Source of the DNA: Selaginella moellendorffii
Taxonomy: Eukaryota; Plantae; Lycopodiophyta
Assembly (NCBI RefSeq): GCF_000143415.4
Contig: NW_003314347.1
Location: 581,438 to 645,437 of the forward strand
DNA length: 64,000 nucleotides
Direction: 5' to 3'
The notes under the pieces are model-generated. The model was not told the DNA's origin. It was given only the letters and a program-made list of their open reading frames with translations, and searched no databases. Positions 19,376 through 30,977 of the stretch are shown here, piece after piece (position 1 is the first letter of the stretch; each line of letters begins with the position of its first letter). A program made the position numbers and the translations under genes.

Positions 19376-19380
19376 CGTCA
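19301..19380 (+). tRNA. tRNA-Leu(UAG), intronless
   Basis: Acceptor stem GACGGTT/AGCCGTC+A. D-arm TGGCCGAGTGGTCTAAGGCG. Anticodon stem TTGGA-TT TAG GC-TCCAA. Variable arm CCGAAAGG. T-arm GGGTTCAAATCCC. A TTTT run follows at ~19399. Confidence 0.97.
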
Positions 19381-19534
19381 TCAGGAATTTAAATAAAATT
19401 TTAGGTTATATACAAAAGAGTGTTTGGAGCGTTTGGAAACTGTAATACAATTTTAGATCAAAATCTACATTTTTATAAGTTTAAATTAATGGAATAATTT
19501 AAAACTCTAATGCATAATATTTATTTATTCCCTA

Positions 19535-19708
19535 TGTGAGTGCCTGGAATATGGAAAGGGAATACAGAAATGTGCATATTAATTAGCCCAAAAACCCTAG
19601 CTTATATACAGGAGCGAGTGGTCCGGATTGAAACCAATCCGACGGCTACCAAAATCCACTACACTAATATTAGTATACGGCATCGTAGCCGTACACTTGG
19701 CCCTCACA
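19535..19708 (-). repeat. 3' LTR (174 bp)
   Basis: TGTGAG...CTCACA; matches 24362-24535 apart from one A/G difference (19661 vs 24490). Confidence 0.97.
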
Positions 19709-19723
19709 TCATCCCCTCCTCTC
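19709..19723 (-). other. Polypurine tract
   Basis: Minus strand GAGAGGAGGGGATGA lies immediately before the 3' LTR. Confidence 0.85.
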
Positions 19724-19740
19724 GGAATAATGGAAGGCCG

Positions 19741-22700
19741 TCAGGGTTCTCTTGTAGATGGGCCGGGATTTGGAGGAACGTCAGGAGGAGGCATCGGCGG
19801 ATCTGTAGACGGTATTAACTGCTCCTGATCCCTTTGTATGAAGCGTTTTAACCGCTGCACATGCACAATCTCCGGAGGATCGGCCTGCTGAACGTCATGC
19901 CGAACCTCATAAACTTGCGGTCCAACTTGCCGCAACACCCGATACGGTCCTTTCCACTGCGCAAGGAGCCCCTTAGATAAACCACGTATCGTAAGATGGG
20001 GAAAACGGACTAACACCAAATCATCCACTTTGTACTCCGCAGGTGGACGATGATGGGAGTTGTAGCGCCGTTGTTGTCCCACTTGTACACGGCCTAAGTG
20101 TTCGGCAGACTCTGCTCGGACAAGTGGAAGAATGCTTGTTAAATACTAATCCCATGACCTAGCATCAGGAGCTCGTGGCAATTGCGAAGGTAAACCCAGC
20201 TCTGTTGGTAATATTGGATCATGACCATATAGAAGTTTATATGGTGAAGCACCAACAGAACTCTGCACCCCTGTGACATAGGCATACCGAAGAGACGGCA
20301 AATAACCATCCCAATCCGAATGCTGAAAGTTCACATACTTCGCAATCATCCCTTTGAATGTCCGAACGAGCCGTTCCACCAGACCGTCTGATTGTGGATG
20401 ATAAGCACTCGTAAAAGTGTGGCGTATCCCCAACCGAGATGTCAAAACATGAAATACCTCAGCCATAAATGTAGGACCATTATCTGAAAGAATCCGCTCT
20501 GGACAAGAATGCTGGAACACCACTCGATTGAGGAGGAAGTATCCAACAGCAGTTGCAGAGGCGCTAGCAAGAGCACCAACTTCCACCCAACGAGTCAAGT
20601 AGTCAGAAGCAATAATAACATACTCATTGCCAGCAGTCGATCGTGGAAAAGGTCCCATAAGATCAAACGCCACCAACTCAAACGGACGGGAAACTGCAAT
20701 TGACTCCAACCGTCCTTCCGCAGCACAAGGGGGAGTATTACGAGCTTGGCACCAACCGCAGCTACGCACATACTAGATAATATCACGTCGCATCTCCGGC
20801 CAATAGAAAGACCTGCGCAGCTTCTCGGTGACACAACGGTGTCCCATATGCCCACCTAGAACAGGAGAATCATGGTAGGCATGGAGAAACCGCGGAATAA
20901 ACACCGAAGGCACCACCAACCGTAAATGATCATCAGGATCCGTCCCCACAAAATAAAGAAGGCCATCTTCAAGGCGATATTGAGAATGTAAATGCCGGAA
21001 AGGCTAGTCATCAGCAAGTGATGCAGGATTCTCAAACCCATCTCGAAGCCTTCGAATCCACGGCTCAATCTTTTGAGCCTCGCGAACCTCATCAAGAGAA
21101 GGTAGATCTTGCTCTGCACCCTGTGGACACTGAACGTCAAGGACAGCAACTGCCGACGGCACAGAATCCTCATCTAGAAAATCCACAGACGCTGGAACAA
21201 CAGATTCGTCAGAAACATGAGAAGTGAGTGGAGAAGGAAGAGGAGCTCGAGAAAGGGCATCAGCATCAGCCATAGAACTCCCTGGGCGATGAACAACATC
21301 GAAATCATATATCTGAAGCTTCAAAGCCCATCGAGCCGTACGACCAACCAGGTTCTTCCGCTTCAATAATGAAGTAACAGCAGTATGGTCACCTTCAAGT
21401 AAAGTCCGAGAACCATGTAGATATGCATGAAGTTTCTCGAAACCCCAGACTGCTGCTAAACACTCCTTCTCCGTCGTGGAGTAGTTCATCTCCGCTGGTT
21501 GTAATGTACGGCTTATGTATGCAATGGGATGGCGCTGACCAGGCACACTCGAGCTCTCTTGCATCAACACACCTCCAAGACCAATGTTAGAAGCATCCAC
21601 GCGCAAAATAAAAGGTTGAGTGTAGTCAGGATATGCCAAAACCAGAGGAGTCGTCAATAGCTCTTTGAGATCCACGAACGCCCGCTCACAATCCGGAGAC
21701 CAGATGAAAGATGACATTGATGACTTCAGCAACGCTCGCAATGGTGTAGTGCGATCGGAAAGATGATCCACAAAACGACCGAGATACTGCACCTTACCCA
21801 AAAAGCGCTGCACATCATTCATACATTTCGGAGTAGGGAACTTTAGAACAGCCACAAGTTTGTCAGGATCAACTTGCAAACCCTCACGAGAAATACGGTA
21901 CCCAAGATAAGTTGTGTCCTTGGACCCAAACACGCACTTTGACCGCTTCAGCTTTAAACCAACATCACGTAGCCGATCCAACACTTTACAAACATCATGA
22001 ACGTGCTCCTCCCACGTCCCCTCCGAGTGGATCAAGACATCATCAATGAAGTCAGCAGTCACTTCTGGCATATCGCAAAGAACCTCGTCCATCATCCGCT
22101 GGAAAGTTGCGGGAGCATTGTTCAAACCAAACTGCATCACCAAGAACTCGTACAAACCAAATGGTGTACGAAAAGCAGTCTTAGGAATATCTTCTTCGGC
22201 CATCGGTACTTGCCAATACCCAGAAGCAAGATCTAGCTTGGTGAACCAACAACTTCGCCCCAGACGATCTAAGAGATCAGCAGTGTGAGGAAGAGGATAC
22301 ACATCTGGGATCGTCACTTCGTTTAACGGGCGATAGTCGATGCAGAAACGAATACTCCCATCAGGCTTCGTCACAAGATGAGGTTCACATGCCCAAGGAC
22401 TCCGCGACTTCTGAATAACACCCTTCTCAAGCATTTCCTTGACGTTGGCTCGTAAAAGCTTGATCTCCTTAGGTGACCGACGACGAACAGGAACCTTGAT
22501 TGGACGAGCATCCCCGGTTGGAATCGGATGACGTGTGGCAATCTTGGCCCCAGACGATAGGTCAAATTCAAAGAGATCAGAATACTCCTTCATGAGCCGG
22601 TCAACTGCTGCAACACAAAGATCGTCGAAGGGATTGGAAAAGGGAAAAGCAGAACAAGATGGAAACACAAAAGGAAAGAGTGGGGGAACAAAAGTAATGG

Positions 22701-23229
22701 AAGCAGAGGTAGAAGTAGAGGGACGAAGAGGTATGGAAGTGAGAGGAATGGATGAAACATAAGGAAGTATGAGACAAGGGGGAGAAGCCTCAAAGTCACA
22801 CTTGGCATGATTGCGCTGCAACCAATCCATACCAAGAATGAGGTCAAAAGCTTGACTCGGCACCACCCGCAACGACTGCAACTCAAGCTCGAGATCGCCC
22901 ACACGCACAACCAGGTCCACCTCATCCCATGCACATGCATGTGTACGGCCGTTGCCATAAAGAATGAAAACTGGTTCCGCCGCACGACGCAAGTGTAGAC
23001 GACAACGTGTGGTAACAGGTCGAGCAATAGAAGATAAACTCGAACCTGTATCAACCAACACAGAGAGAATAATAGGAGACCTCTTGTTATAAAAACGAGC
23101 TTGGAAAGTAAACACGGGATGAACCGGTGCCGAATGAACCCCTTGATGATACTCCCGAAAGAAAGATGGAGGGGTCACTGATTTATTCGCGCAAGGTCCC
23201 TCCATTACTCGCGCGACTCCTCGTTTCCC
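19741..23229 (-). pseudogene. pol: pol (protease-RT-RNaseH-integrase) with three in-frame TAG codons (21004-06, 20773-75, 20146-48)
   Basis: PR: VLVDTGSS. RT: FCIDYRPLN, LDLASGYWQ, FIDDVLIHS. RH: VDASNIGLGGVL, YSTTEKECLA. IN: H..H..CGWC, AFDLMGP, SDNG, SDGLVER. GPY/F module KGPYRV...VHVQRLK. One frame throughout. Confidence 0.95.
23166..23229 (-). promoter_or_regulatory. -1 programmed ribosomal frameshift signal: GGGAAAC slippery heptamer, 6-nt spacer, H-type pseudoknot
   Basis: G GGA AAC is in gag frame. Stem 1 TCGCGCGAG/CTTGCGCGA and stem 2 ATGGAGGG/CCCTCCAT. pol lies in the -1 frame relative to gag. Confidence 0.88.
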
Positions 23230-24137
23230 GGATGCATCTCGGTGTCCAGACCTTCCACTGCAGCAGCACCCACAGGACGTTGCTGACGCCAAGGTCTCCA
23301 CCCAGGAAATGGAGGTCGCCAATCTGGAAAACGACGGCAACGCTGATAAGTATGACCAACTTCATCACACGCCCAGCAGTGAACATCACGGCCACGACCA
23401 CGTCCTCGCGCTTGTCCTTGGACTCGAGCAGCAGCAGCATCAACCTCCATTGGAACAGGACCATCACCCATAGGAAGGGGAGCGGAAGGACGTGCAGCGA
23501 GAAGTGGAAGAGGCGACGTCTCATAACGTTGTGCTAAGCGAAGAGCATCGTCAAGGGTGGCAGGAGCAAGTGCATGCACAAGTCCGACAAGATCTTGACG
23601 AAGTGCTGGCCACAACATTCCTAGCTTGATCCGCTCCGACATATTTGGCTCTGCACGAAGCAAAAGACTTCGGAAACGAACGCCAAATTGCATCACCGAC
23701 TCAGATGGCCCTTGGCGAAGACGATGCAATTGTTGGAAAGCATCATCACAATCATCGGCATGGCCGAAGGCGCGTTTGAAGACGTCCGGGAGAACACTCC
23801 AATCCCCACGAGTGGCTGCGCTCAAACCATTGTACCACTGCAACGCCGTCCCTTGGAGACATGTGGGAAACTCACGCAAACGTCGAGCATCATCCCAAGA
23901 ATGATATGTGGCAATCACCGTGAAGTGATCGAACCAATGGTACACATCATCCCCAGGATTTCCGTGAAAGAACTCCGGCCGAACACGAGGATTAGCACCA
24001 AGAGCAGGAGGAGTTGTACCACGTGCCGTGAACGCCACCATCAACTGAGTTTAATTGTTCAATTGCAAGCGCATAGTATCAAGCAATTGTACCAACTGCT
24101 GCTCTAGAGTCAAAGGAGGAGATTGCGGATCTGCCAT
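23205..24137 (-). pseudogene. gag: gag with one in-frame TAA at 24051-24053
   Basis: ATG at 24137 (MADPQSPP...LNN*TQLMVAF). Retrotransposon gag core (LQGTALQWY, LRQGPSESV) and zinc knuckle CWACDEVGHTYQRC. Confidence 0.9.
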
Positions 24138-24344
24138 GAAGATGAGCGAAAAAGAAAGAGCAAAAGAAGAGAGATGACAAAAGGCTAGAAGGAAATGGTA
24201 GATCTAGACAACGCAAAAAGCTAGATCTAAACTAAAAGAAAGAACAAAAGAAAGGAAATGGAAAAAGTTAGATCTAGACGATACAAAAGCTAGATCGAAA
24301 CCAAAATCCCAAATCCAAGCACTCCTCAGGGACAATCAAAAGTG

Positions 24345-24360
24345 CCCCTCACCTCCACCA
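24345..24360 (-). other. Primer binding site, tRNA-Ala-like
   Basis: TGGTGGAGGTGAGGGG begins 1 nt after the 5' LTR; TGGTGGAG is complementary to a ...CTCCACCA tRNA 3' end. Confidence 0.7.
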
Positions 24361-24361
24361 A

Positions 24362-24535
24362 TGTGAGTGCCTGGAATATGGAAAGGGAATACAGAAATGT
24401 GCATATTAATTAGCCCAAAAACCCTAGCTTATATACAGGAGCGAGTGGTCCGGATTGAAACCAATCCGACGGCTACCAAAATCCACTACGCTAATATTAG
24501 TATACGGCATCGTAGCCGTACACTTGGCCCTCACA
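24362..24535 (-). repeat. 5' LTR (174 bp)
   Basis: Near-identical to 19535-19708; contains TATATAA on the minus strand and a telo-box. Confidence 0.97.
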
Positions 24536-24984
24536 TCCCTAAATTATTTTAATCATATATTTATGCTATGCAAAATCAGAACTAATTTAATAGAAAAATT
24601 TTGTGACTATGAAATAGATTAAGAAAATGCTGATTGAAGCAAGAAGTTGTGTATAATGCTGCCAAAACTATGACATTCACACTCACAAATCTTCCATATA
24701 ACTACTCTAATTGGTTAATATCAGCCTCCAGAGAAAAAAATCACAACAAATTTATGGAAGTGATCTACTTTCTCACCAAAGTCATGGCTCTTGGTGAATC
24801 AAACACAGTTCGAATTTAGGCCAGCCTCCCAAACCTAAAGTGTACTAACTTCACAAGTGCAAGCTAGCCGAGCAGCTTATTTCAGTCCCAAATGGCAGGA
24901 GCTCCTTTTTTTTTTGTCATTGAGTAAAACTAAAGGCCTTACAATCAAATGATCATAAACAGGACGGCTGAGCACTCGTCTTGA

Positions 24985-26000
24985 GTTACACCGACAATTT
25001 AGATTGGTTTGTGAGAATGCTCCCGGACTTTGGAGTCCAATTGACAAAGGATCACTTCTACTGCATCGCAAATGGTTTTGCAAAGTCTGGATGCGTTGGA
25101 GTTTCAGTCCCGTTTGATCTGGATGTTATAACTTGGACTCCCGTTCACTTTTTCGCCATAAGCATCAGCCCCCACGTCTTCATGACCAGGAGGGCTTCTT
25201 CGCGAAAATCATGCTTCAGTTCAGGCAAAGCTCCAGCAGAGCTTTCAATGCCCTTGGCTCCGGTTTGGGTTTTTCCTCGATCCACTTTACTACAACATCT
25301 ATCTTGCACACCATATCTATTCTCTCATCCTAAGAGGTGACACCCCTGGCACTCGAGCTCCACAGCAAATCTCACCAGCTCTCCCAAGTACCATCCCCTC
25401 TTCATACGATGCTCTTTGTAAACAAGGAGTTCTTCAAAGATGTCACCCAGGAAAGATATGGATGGAGCACAGATCTTGTGCTGCTCTTGACAAGGGATGA
25501 TAAGTTCCATGAAGATGTGAGAAAGGTGAAAGATTGCATGTAATCCAGGGAAGGGATAGCCAAAACCATGAGGAAAGCAGCCCGATTGATTGGATTGGAA
25601 GAGGATGACAAAGTGACGCAGCTCATGGATGACACGATGAAAGAATGGGTGCGCGTGGCTGGGTGATGTTGTGAGGTCAGTGTTGAGAAAAATATTTTCT
25701 AGATAAAGAGTTTGAAGAGGGAGATAAACAGCTGGATGATGATTCTAGGGATGAGTTTGAAGAGGAATGTTTCTAAATAAACAGCTGGCTGAAAGTTTAG
25801 TGAAGATATCCAAGGATGGGATAGAGATTCCAGGAAAAGTTTGAAGAGGTGGTGGAGGCCACAATTCACTATTTCTCAACGGAAGAACTGAGCTACGAAG
25901 ATAACAAAAGCAACCCAAGGAATGAGCGTGTTGTCATTGACAATATTTTGGAGTTCTTGGAGATGGTTTCGCAAGCTCTTGAAGGACATGGCTTGAGTTC
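24985..26000. pseudogene. Degenerate, internally inverted paralog fragment of the 899-aa oxygenase gene (C-terminal half)
   Basis: Minus-strand pieces KHDFREEALLVMKTWG and FAVELECQGCH, and plus-strand piece LVLLLTRDDKFHEDVRKVKD...AARLIGLEEDDKVTQL, each match the protein at 31753-34452. Stops and frameshifts are present. Confidence 0.85.
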
Positions 26001-26083
26001 TTCCATAATGATGAAAACAATGTTTGGAATTAGACCAATTTGTTTTCTCAATCCAAGCTCTGAGTTAAAACTTTGGACGTCTA

Positions 26084-29000
26084 TCAAAACGAGATGATTC
26101 TTATCTTTCCATCCTCTGACGCGCTGTAGACAACATCTCCGTCCAGCAAGAGTGCGTTAACTTTGCTGCCAATGTTAAGCACCGAGACTCTAGTGTTTCT
26201 CTCCCTCAGCCAAACCTCGATGATTCCCGACGACGATCCGAGGTACAGGAAATCGTCGTGCACTGCTATGGATCGAATCTCCAAGTTTGTGGGAAGAGAT
26301 CGCTTCAAAGAGTAGTCGGTTTGATCCCATACCTGCCATTAGAGAAGAGGTGTATGAAACTTTGTATTGATTCGAGACTTTCCTTACCTTGACTGCTGCT
26401 CCTTCCACAACAGCTCCAGCAGAGAAAATCTCGCTCTTGAAAATTTGTATAGCGTAGACTGGCTTCTTTCCCAGTAGAGATCGCGTTCCTGGCTGGATGG
26501 TCACAACAGAATTCTCCTGTAGATCAACTTCCTGCCAAGCATTGTATCCAACATATTTCTTTCAGACTGAAGTGTGCATTTCTACTATTTACCTGGATGC
26601 TCGTATCGGTGCACCCACAATAGATATTTCCATTTGAAACTGCAAGACATTGGACGTGCTTGCCAGAATTGAGTTGCTTCGACGAGTTACTTTCAGCTTG
26701 TACCTTGAAGAACACAGAAGAAACTCAAGTCCTGGATGCAGAGGATAAATGTAAAACCAACCTTGATTCCATTGCCTTGAGGTGTTGCGGTCGCTATAGT
26801 AGATCCACTGATGGCCAGTGCACCAACGGCTTCCTTGAAGTCCAACACATTCATGCAGAGAACACTCTCCGGTGAGATTGCCCACACCTGAAAAGATTGC
26901 CTCTCCGAGTTACTTAACAGCCGAAAATCTCTAAAGTTGTGCTTACCCGAACAGTCCTGTCGAGCGAGGCACTATACAGCCGGTTTGAAGACGACGACAA
27001 GGCCAGGCTCGTCACGGCCTTGCTATGGTCAGTAAGTACCAGAAGCAAAGTTGGCACCTTTTTCTTTGTTTCCCAGACCTGAAAAGCAAAACTCACATTA
27101 CATAGAATTGAGAGAGAGAAACTGAAACCTGAATGCTGCCGTCGGAGTGTCCGCTGAAAAGCCTTCCTTTACTTCGTGCGAGGCATCGAACCTCCCCGCT
27201 TCGAGTGACATCCAATTGTCCAACTTCAGAATGTTGCCAGAGCTCCATCTGTTATGTTAAAAAGCTCACTTTCTTGCTCTATAGAACGGGGATCTTTCTA
27301 CTTACTGGATTCAACGACGTACACTTGATAAAAGCTTCAATAAACTCCTGTGCAATCCATGTCACCTTCTTCAGTTGCCTGAATGGCTTGACCACATCCT
27401 TAGCGTAGCCAATAAGCTCTTGCATACTTTCTGCACAGAGACAGTACTAAGGCCTTGTAATAGTTGGAAGGCTCACCAAATTTTCTTACCTGCGTCGTCG
27501 AGGAATGTGTGTAGTCCCAACGCAGCCAATACTTTTTGTTGGACATTTTTCGTAGATTCCAGTGCTACCACAAAAGGTGCCAGAAAATATCGACGAAAAT
27601 ATGGCCGGAGACCTGAAATAGGCAGCTTTTTCACCACGAAACTCAACCAGACTGCAAATATCATGCACGGCTTCCATAACTCCAGGTTTTTGCTTTGCAA
27701 CATAGCTCCGAGAGCCTCCAGAATTGCCCCTCCTTCGTATTCAAGGAACACTCTAGCCGCATTCAGTTCCCACAGATTTGCAGCCTTTTCTTCTGCAGCC
27801 TGTCAACGTGATCACAATTAGCAAGCCATCAATATAGAGATTTTGTGACACCAGAACCTCGCGTTCCTGTTGAGGATCCTCGTTCGTAAGAAGTTCATAA
27901 GGCTGCTCTAGACCAGCTAACTTGAGCAGCCAGGCTTCTGTTAGAGGCGTACCCGCGTACGAAAATCTTCCCACTAATGCCACCAATGCTTCAGCTGTTT
28001 CAACTTGGCAATCGAATGGTGACTCTCTGCTCAGTGCAGCTACAATTGCATCCAAAGCTTCCTCTTTGTAAATACTTTGCTGTCGTCGCTGGCCCTGCCA
28101 AATTTTATTAGCAAAATGCGAGGAAAAAGGCACACGCTACCCACCAGAATCTCAAGCTGAAGCATAAGCACTGCAATCGTATGCTTATGCTCAGTAGGCG
28201 CCTTTTGACAAGCAACAAAGAGAACATGCATCGTGGAAAGGATCCCCTCGTTCTTCACAGTTGTAAGCACCTTGTTGTTGGTCTCTCTCCTGTTTTTACA
28301 AGTCGTTTTGCAAATTGTCAAGAAAGATTCAGTCATACCTGTTTGAGTGAGCAAGCTCCAAGAAGAAGAATGTTGCCAGCTCCCGAGCGGAACCAGAGCC
28401 TCTAACAAGGATTTCCACAACAGGTCCCAACTGTGCAGTCCTGGATATCAAGTTCCTGCACCGGCCGTCTGCTTCCATGCAGCAAAGCAGGACTGAGATG
28501 GTGGACAGCCTCTCGTCGATGTCCTTTGCTTTGAGATTCTCTATCACAATGGGGACTGCTTCCAGAGCCAGTAGCAAATGAGCACTTGAATGAGGCCTCT
28601 CGGGACTTGTTGATACCAGTTGCTGGAGTAAGCCAACTGCGGCAGCCTTTGGACTACAAAGTTTGTCACCCTGTCCTTGTCCACCATCCAATCCTTTCCT
28701 TAGGATTTTCACCAGGTCTGCTACAATGTCTAGAGCGTTCATCTCGTTCGCCGAGAGTTTCAACTGATGAAGAAGAACAGCTCCTTGAGCCACTTCGTTC
28801 TTCAAGAGCCTCACAATCGACTCGAGTTCTGGGTCCGCTCTCACGATGGTGTGCCTCGTAAATTCATCGCTTGCAACCAGTGCCGAGAGAATCCGAGCTG
28901 CAGCAACTTGCACTTCCTGCGCTACTGAAACCGACAGCACCTCTACGAGTCCTTCGATCACGCTGGCTTTGGTCAGGCTGGCCTCGACTCTAAAGTCACC

Positions 29001-30977
29001 GCAACACTTTTCCCAGACTGCTGCGATGGTCATGACGGCCTGCTCGCATTCTTGCAAATCCTCGGACACGCACAAACGCTCCACCGCGGGTTTTAGCTCG
29101 TGCATGAAGCCTTCAACAGCGGATGCGTCATCCTTCATATGTTTCTTGTGCGTAGCTTGACTTTGCCTGGAGCTTGAGCTGATGACACTGCTCGGAGAAG
29201 AACGTAGCAACGCATCCTCATTTTCCAAATCTTGCCAGAGCTCTTGGTTCTCGTCGTAAAAGGATTCCATAGAATTGCCGGCACCGTGTATTTCCTTCCA
29301 GTTTTCCACCAGCCGCTTCAGCACGTAGTTGGTACTTGGAAGAGCTCTATTTTTTAAGAGCTGCCGGGTGATGGGACAAGTTGTGTTCCCTCTTTCCAGC
29401 CATTCCCGTATGGCTGTTCGTTCGTAAGTCTGTCCTGTCTCAAGTGTCACTGGATCATCGAAGAGCTGGTTCGTGATGGGACAGACAAAGTCTTTCGGAG
29501 GCCTGACCATGCGTCTTTCATACGCATCCGTTTCAGACGTCACAGACCTGTAAAGAAAATGTCAGGGACTGCTCCCTAAAGTAAGTAGTAAGAGTACCTT
29601 TCTTCATCGTAAATATCACCGTCTCTGGAGATAGAATTCAAGTGCTCGACGTGATTCAACGAGCACCTTCGCTCTAGTGAGCGCTCACTCGTATCCAGTT
29701 CGCTCCGATTAAAGGAAGATGATCGAGACGTTTTCTGTTGAGCGCCTGGTCTTGAAAACTCAGCACTGATTGAAGATCTTGACATAGGATGCGCATGCTC
29801 GTACGACCTTTCACTCGTCTTGTCAAACGAGGAAGAGCGCGAAAGTGAAGCTCCTTTTGAAGAAGTCGCGCTTGCTGGCTGTTTCTTTTCTTCAGAGCTT
29901 TCGTGATCTTTGATTTGCCGCGAAAACGACAATTGCGTTTCCGTGTCGTTCACTAATTCATTGTCTCCATCCCTGCAATAAGATCATCGGAGCGGACAAG
30001 ATAAAAAACAATCCAGAAAACCGACAGCCGCAGCCACAGTACCTCTCTTCGTCGCTCTCATGCTCCTGAATCACTTCCAGCTGAGCTTTCAAAGGCTGGA
30101 AGACTTCGTCCGTTACCGGCGGCTCAGCAGTCGGCAGCAAAGGCTTGACCACCTTGAGCTGTGACGACGGAAGCCTCAAACAATCCCTGTAGAACTTGGC
30201 ATATTGTCGGGTGTGATCGTCCAGCGTGTTCTGGTAGAGCTCCTCGAGCACCTGGAGTTGAGCTGCTTGCTCGGGAGTGACCGCCGAAAGGAGATTGTTG
30301 GGAGCCACTTCATCGGTAGAAACCGCAAAGAAATCGTCCCTGGAGTATGAAGGAAAATCCACACTATAGTCACCACCATGACCAAGTGTTGCGTGATCCT
30401 GAGACGGTGGAGCAGCGAGTAGCTTCGCTCGCTGCTCGGAGTACCAGCTCGAAATCCCTGTCAAATGCCGCTGGAACAGCGCTTCCCACAGCCCCGGGGC
30501 AAAATCCACTCTCGACTGGAAAGGCTCGGCGATGAACATCTCCAGGAGATTCTCGGCGGCCCTGCGATCGTCGCTCCGCAGCTTCCACACCAGCGCCAGA
30601 TTCATGTGAGCCGAGGCAGCGAGATAGGCATTGGAGATCCCCGCCGTATCACTCCCCCGATCCAGCAGCGCGCACACCTGGAGCATCTTCTCGGCGTAAT
30701 CCAGCCGAGCGATCTTCGTCTCCACATTGCCGGTCTGGATCGCCTCCTCGAGCGCGTCGATACCCCAGCCAAGATTCGCGAGCACTGCCTGATCCGCATA
30801 CCTGACCTCGCGATCTTGGCCCTGCTGCTGCTGCTGCCGATCGAGGATCCACCGCCGCTCCGCCTCGCGCTGCCGCCGCCGCCGGGATGGATCGATTAGG
30901 GCATCCAGGGCATAGCGCGACACGGAAGAGAGGAGGACGTTCTCTATGCTCGCGTCAAACAATGGAAGCATTGTCAT
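26084..30977 (-). CDS. LIN: LIN/CERBERUS-like U-box + ARM + WD40 E3 ligase, multi-exon
   Basis: N-terminal signature YADQAVLANLGWGIDALEEAI...ETKIARLDYAEKMLQVCALL. U-box PPKDFVCPITNQLFDDPVTLETGQTYER. SIYKEEA...LVGRFSYAG..LTEAWLLK. C-terminal WD40 repeats. Confidence 0.92.

Larger units (their letters stand above)
19535..24535 (-). mobile_element. Full-length Ty3/gypsy LTR retrotransposon (5001 bp), young but carrying nonsense codons
   Basis: Paired 174-bp LTRs (TG...CA), TSD TCCCTA on both flanks, PBS, PPT, gag with a CCHC knuckle, pol in PR-RT-RH-IN order. Confidence 0.97.

Noticed and set aside
19540-19818. Near-identical ORFs MPGIWKGNTEM... at 19540 and 24367
   Set aside because: Chance antisense ORFs within the two LTR copies
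20146-21006. Programmed readthrough of the three pol TAG codons
   Set aside because: No CARYYA-type readthrough context, and one stop lies inside the integrase zinc finger. Mutation is the simpler explanation.
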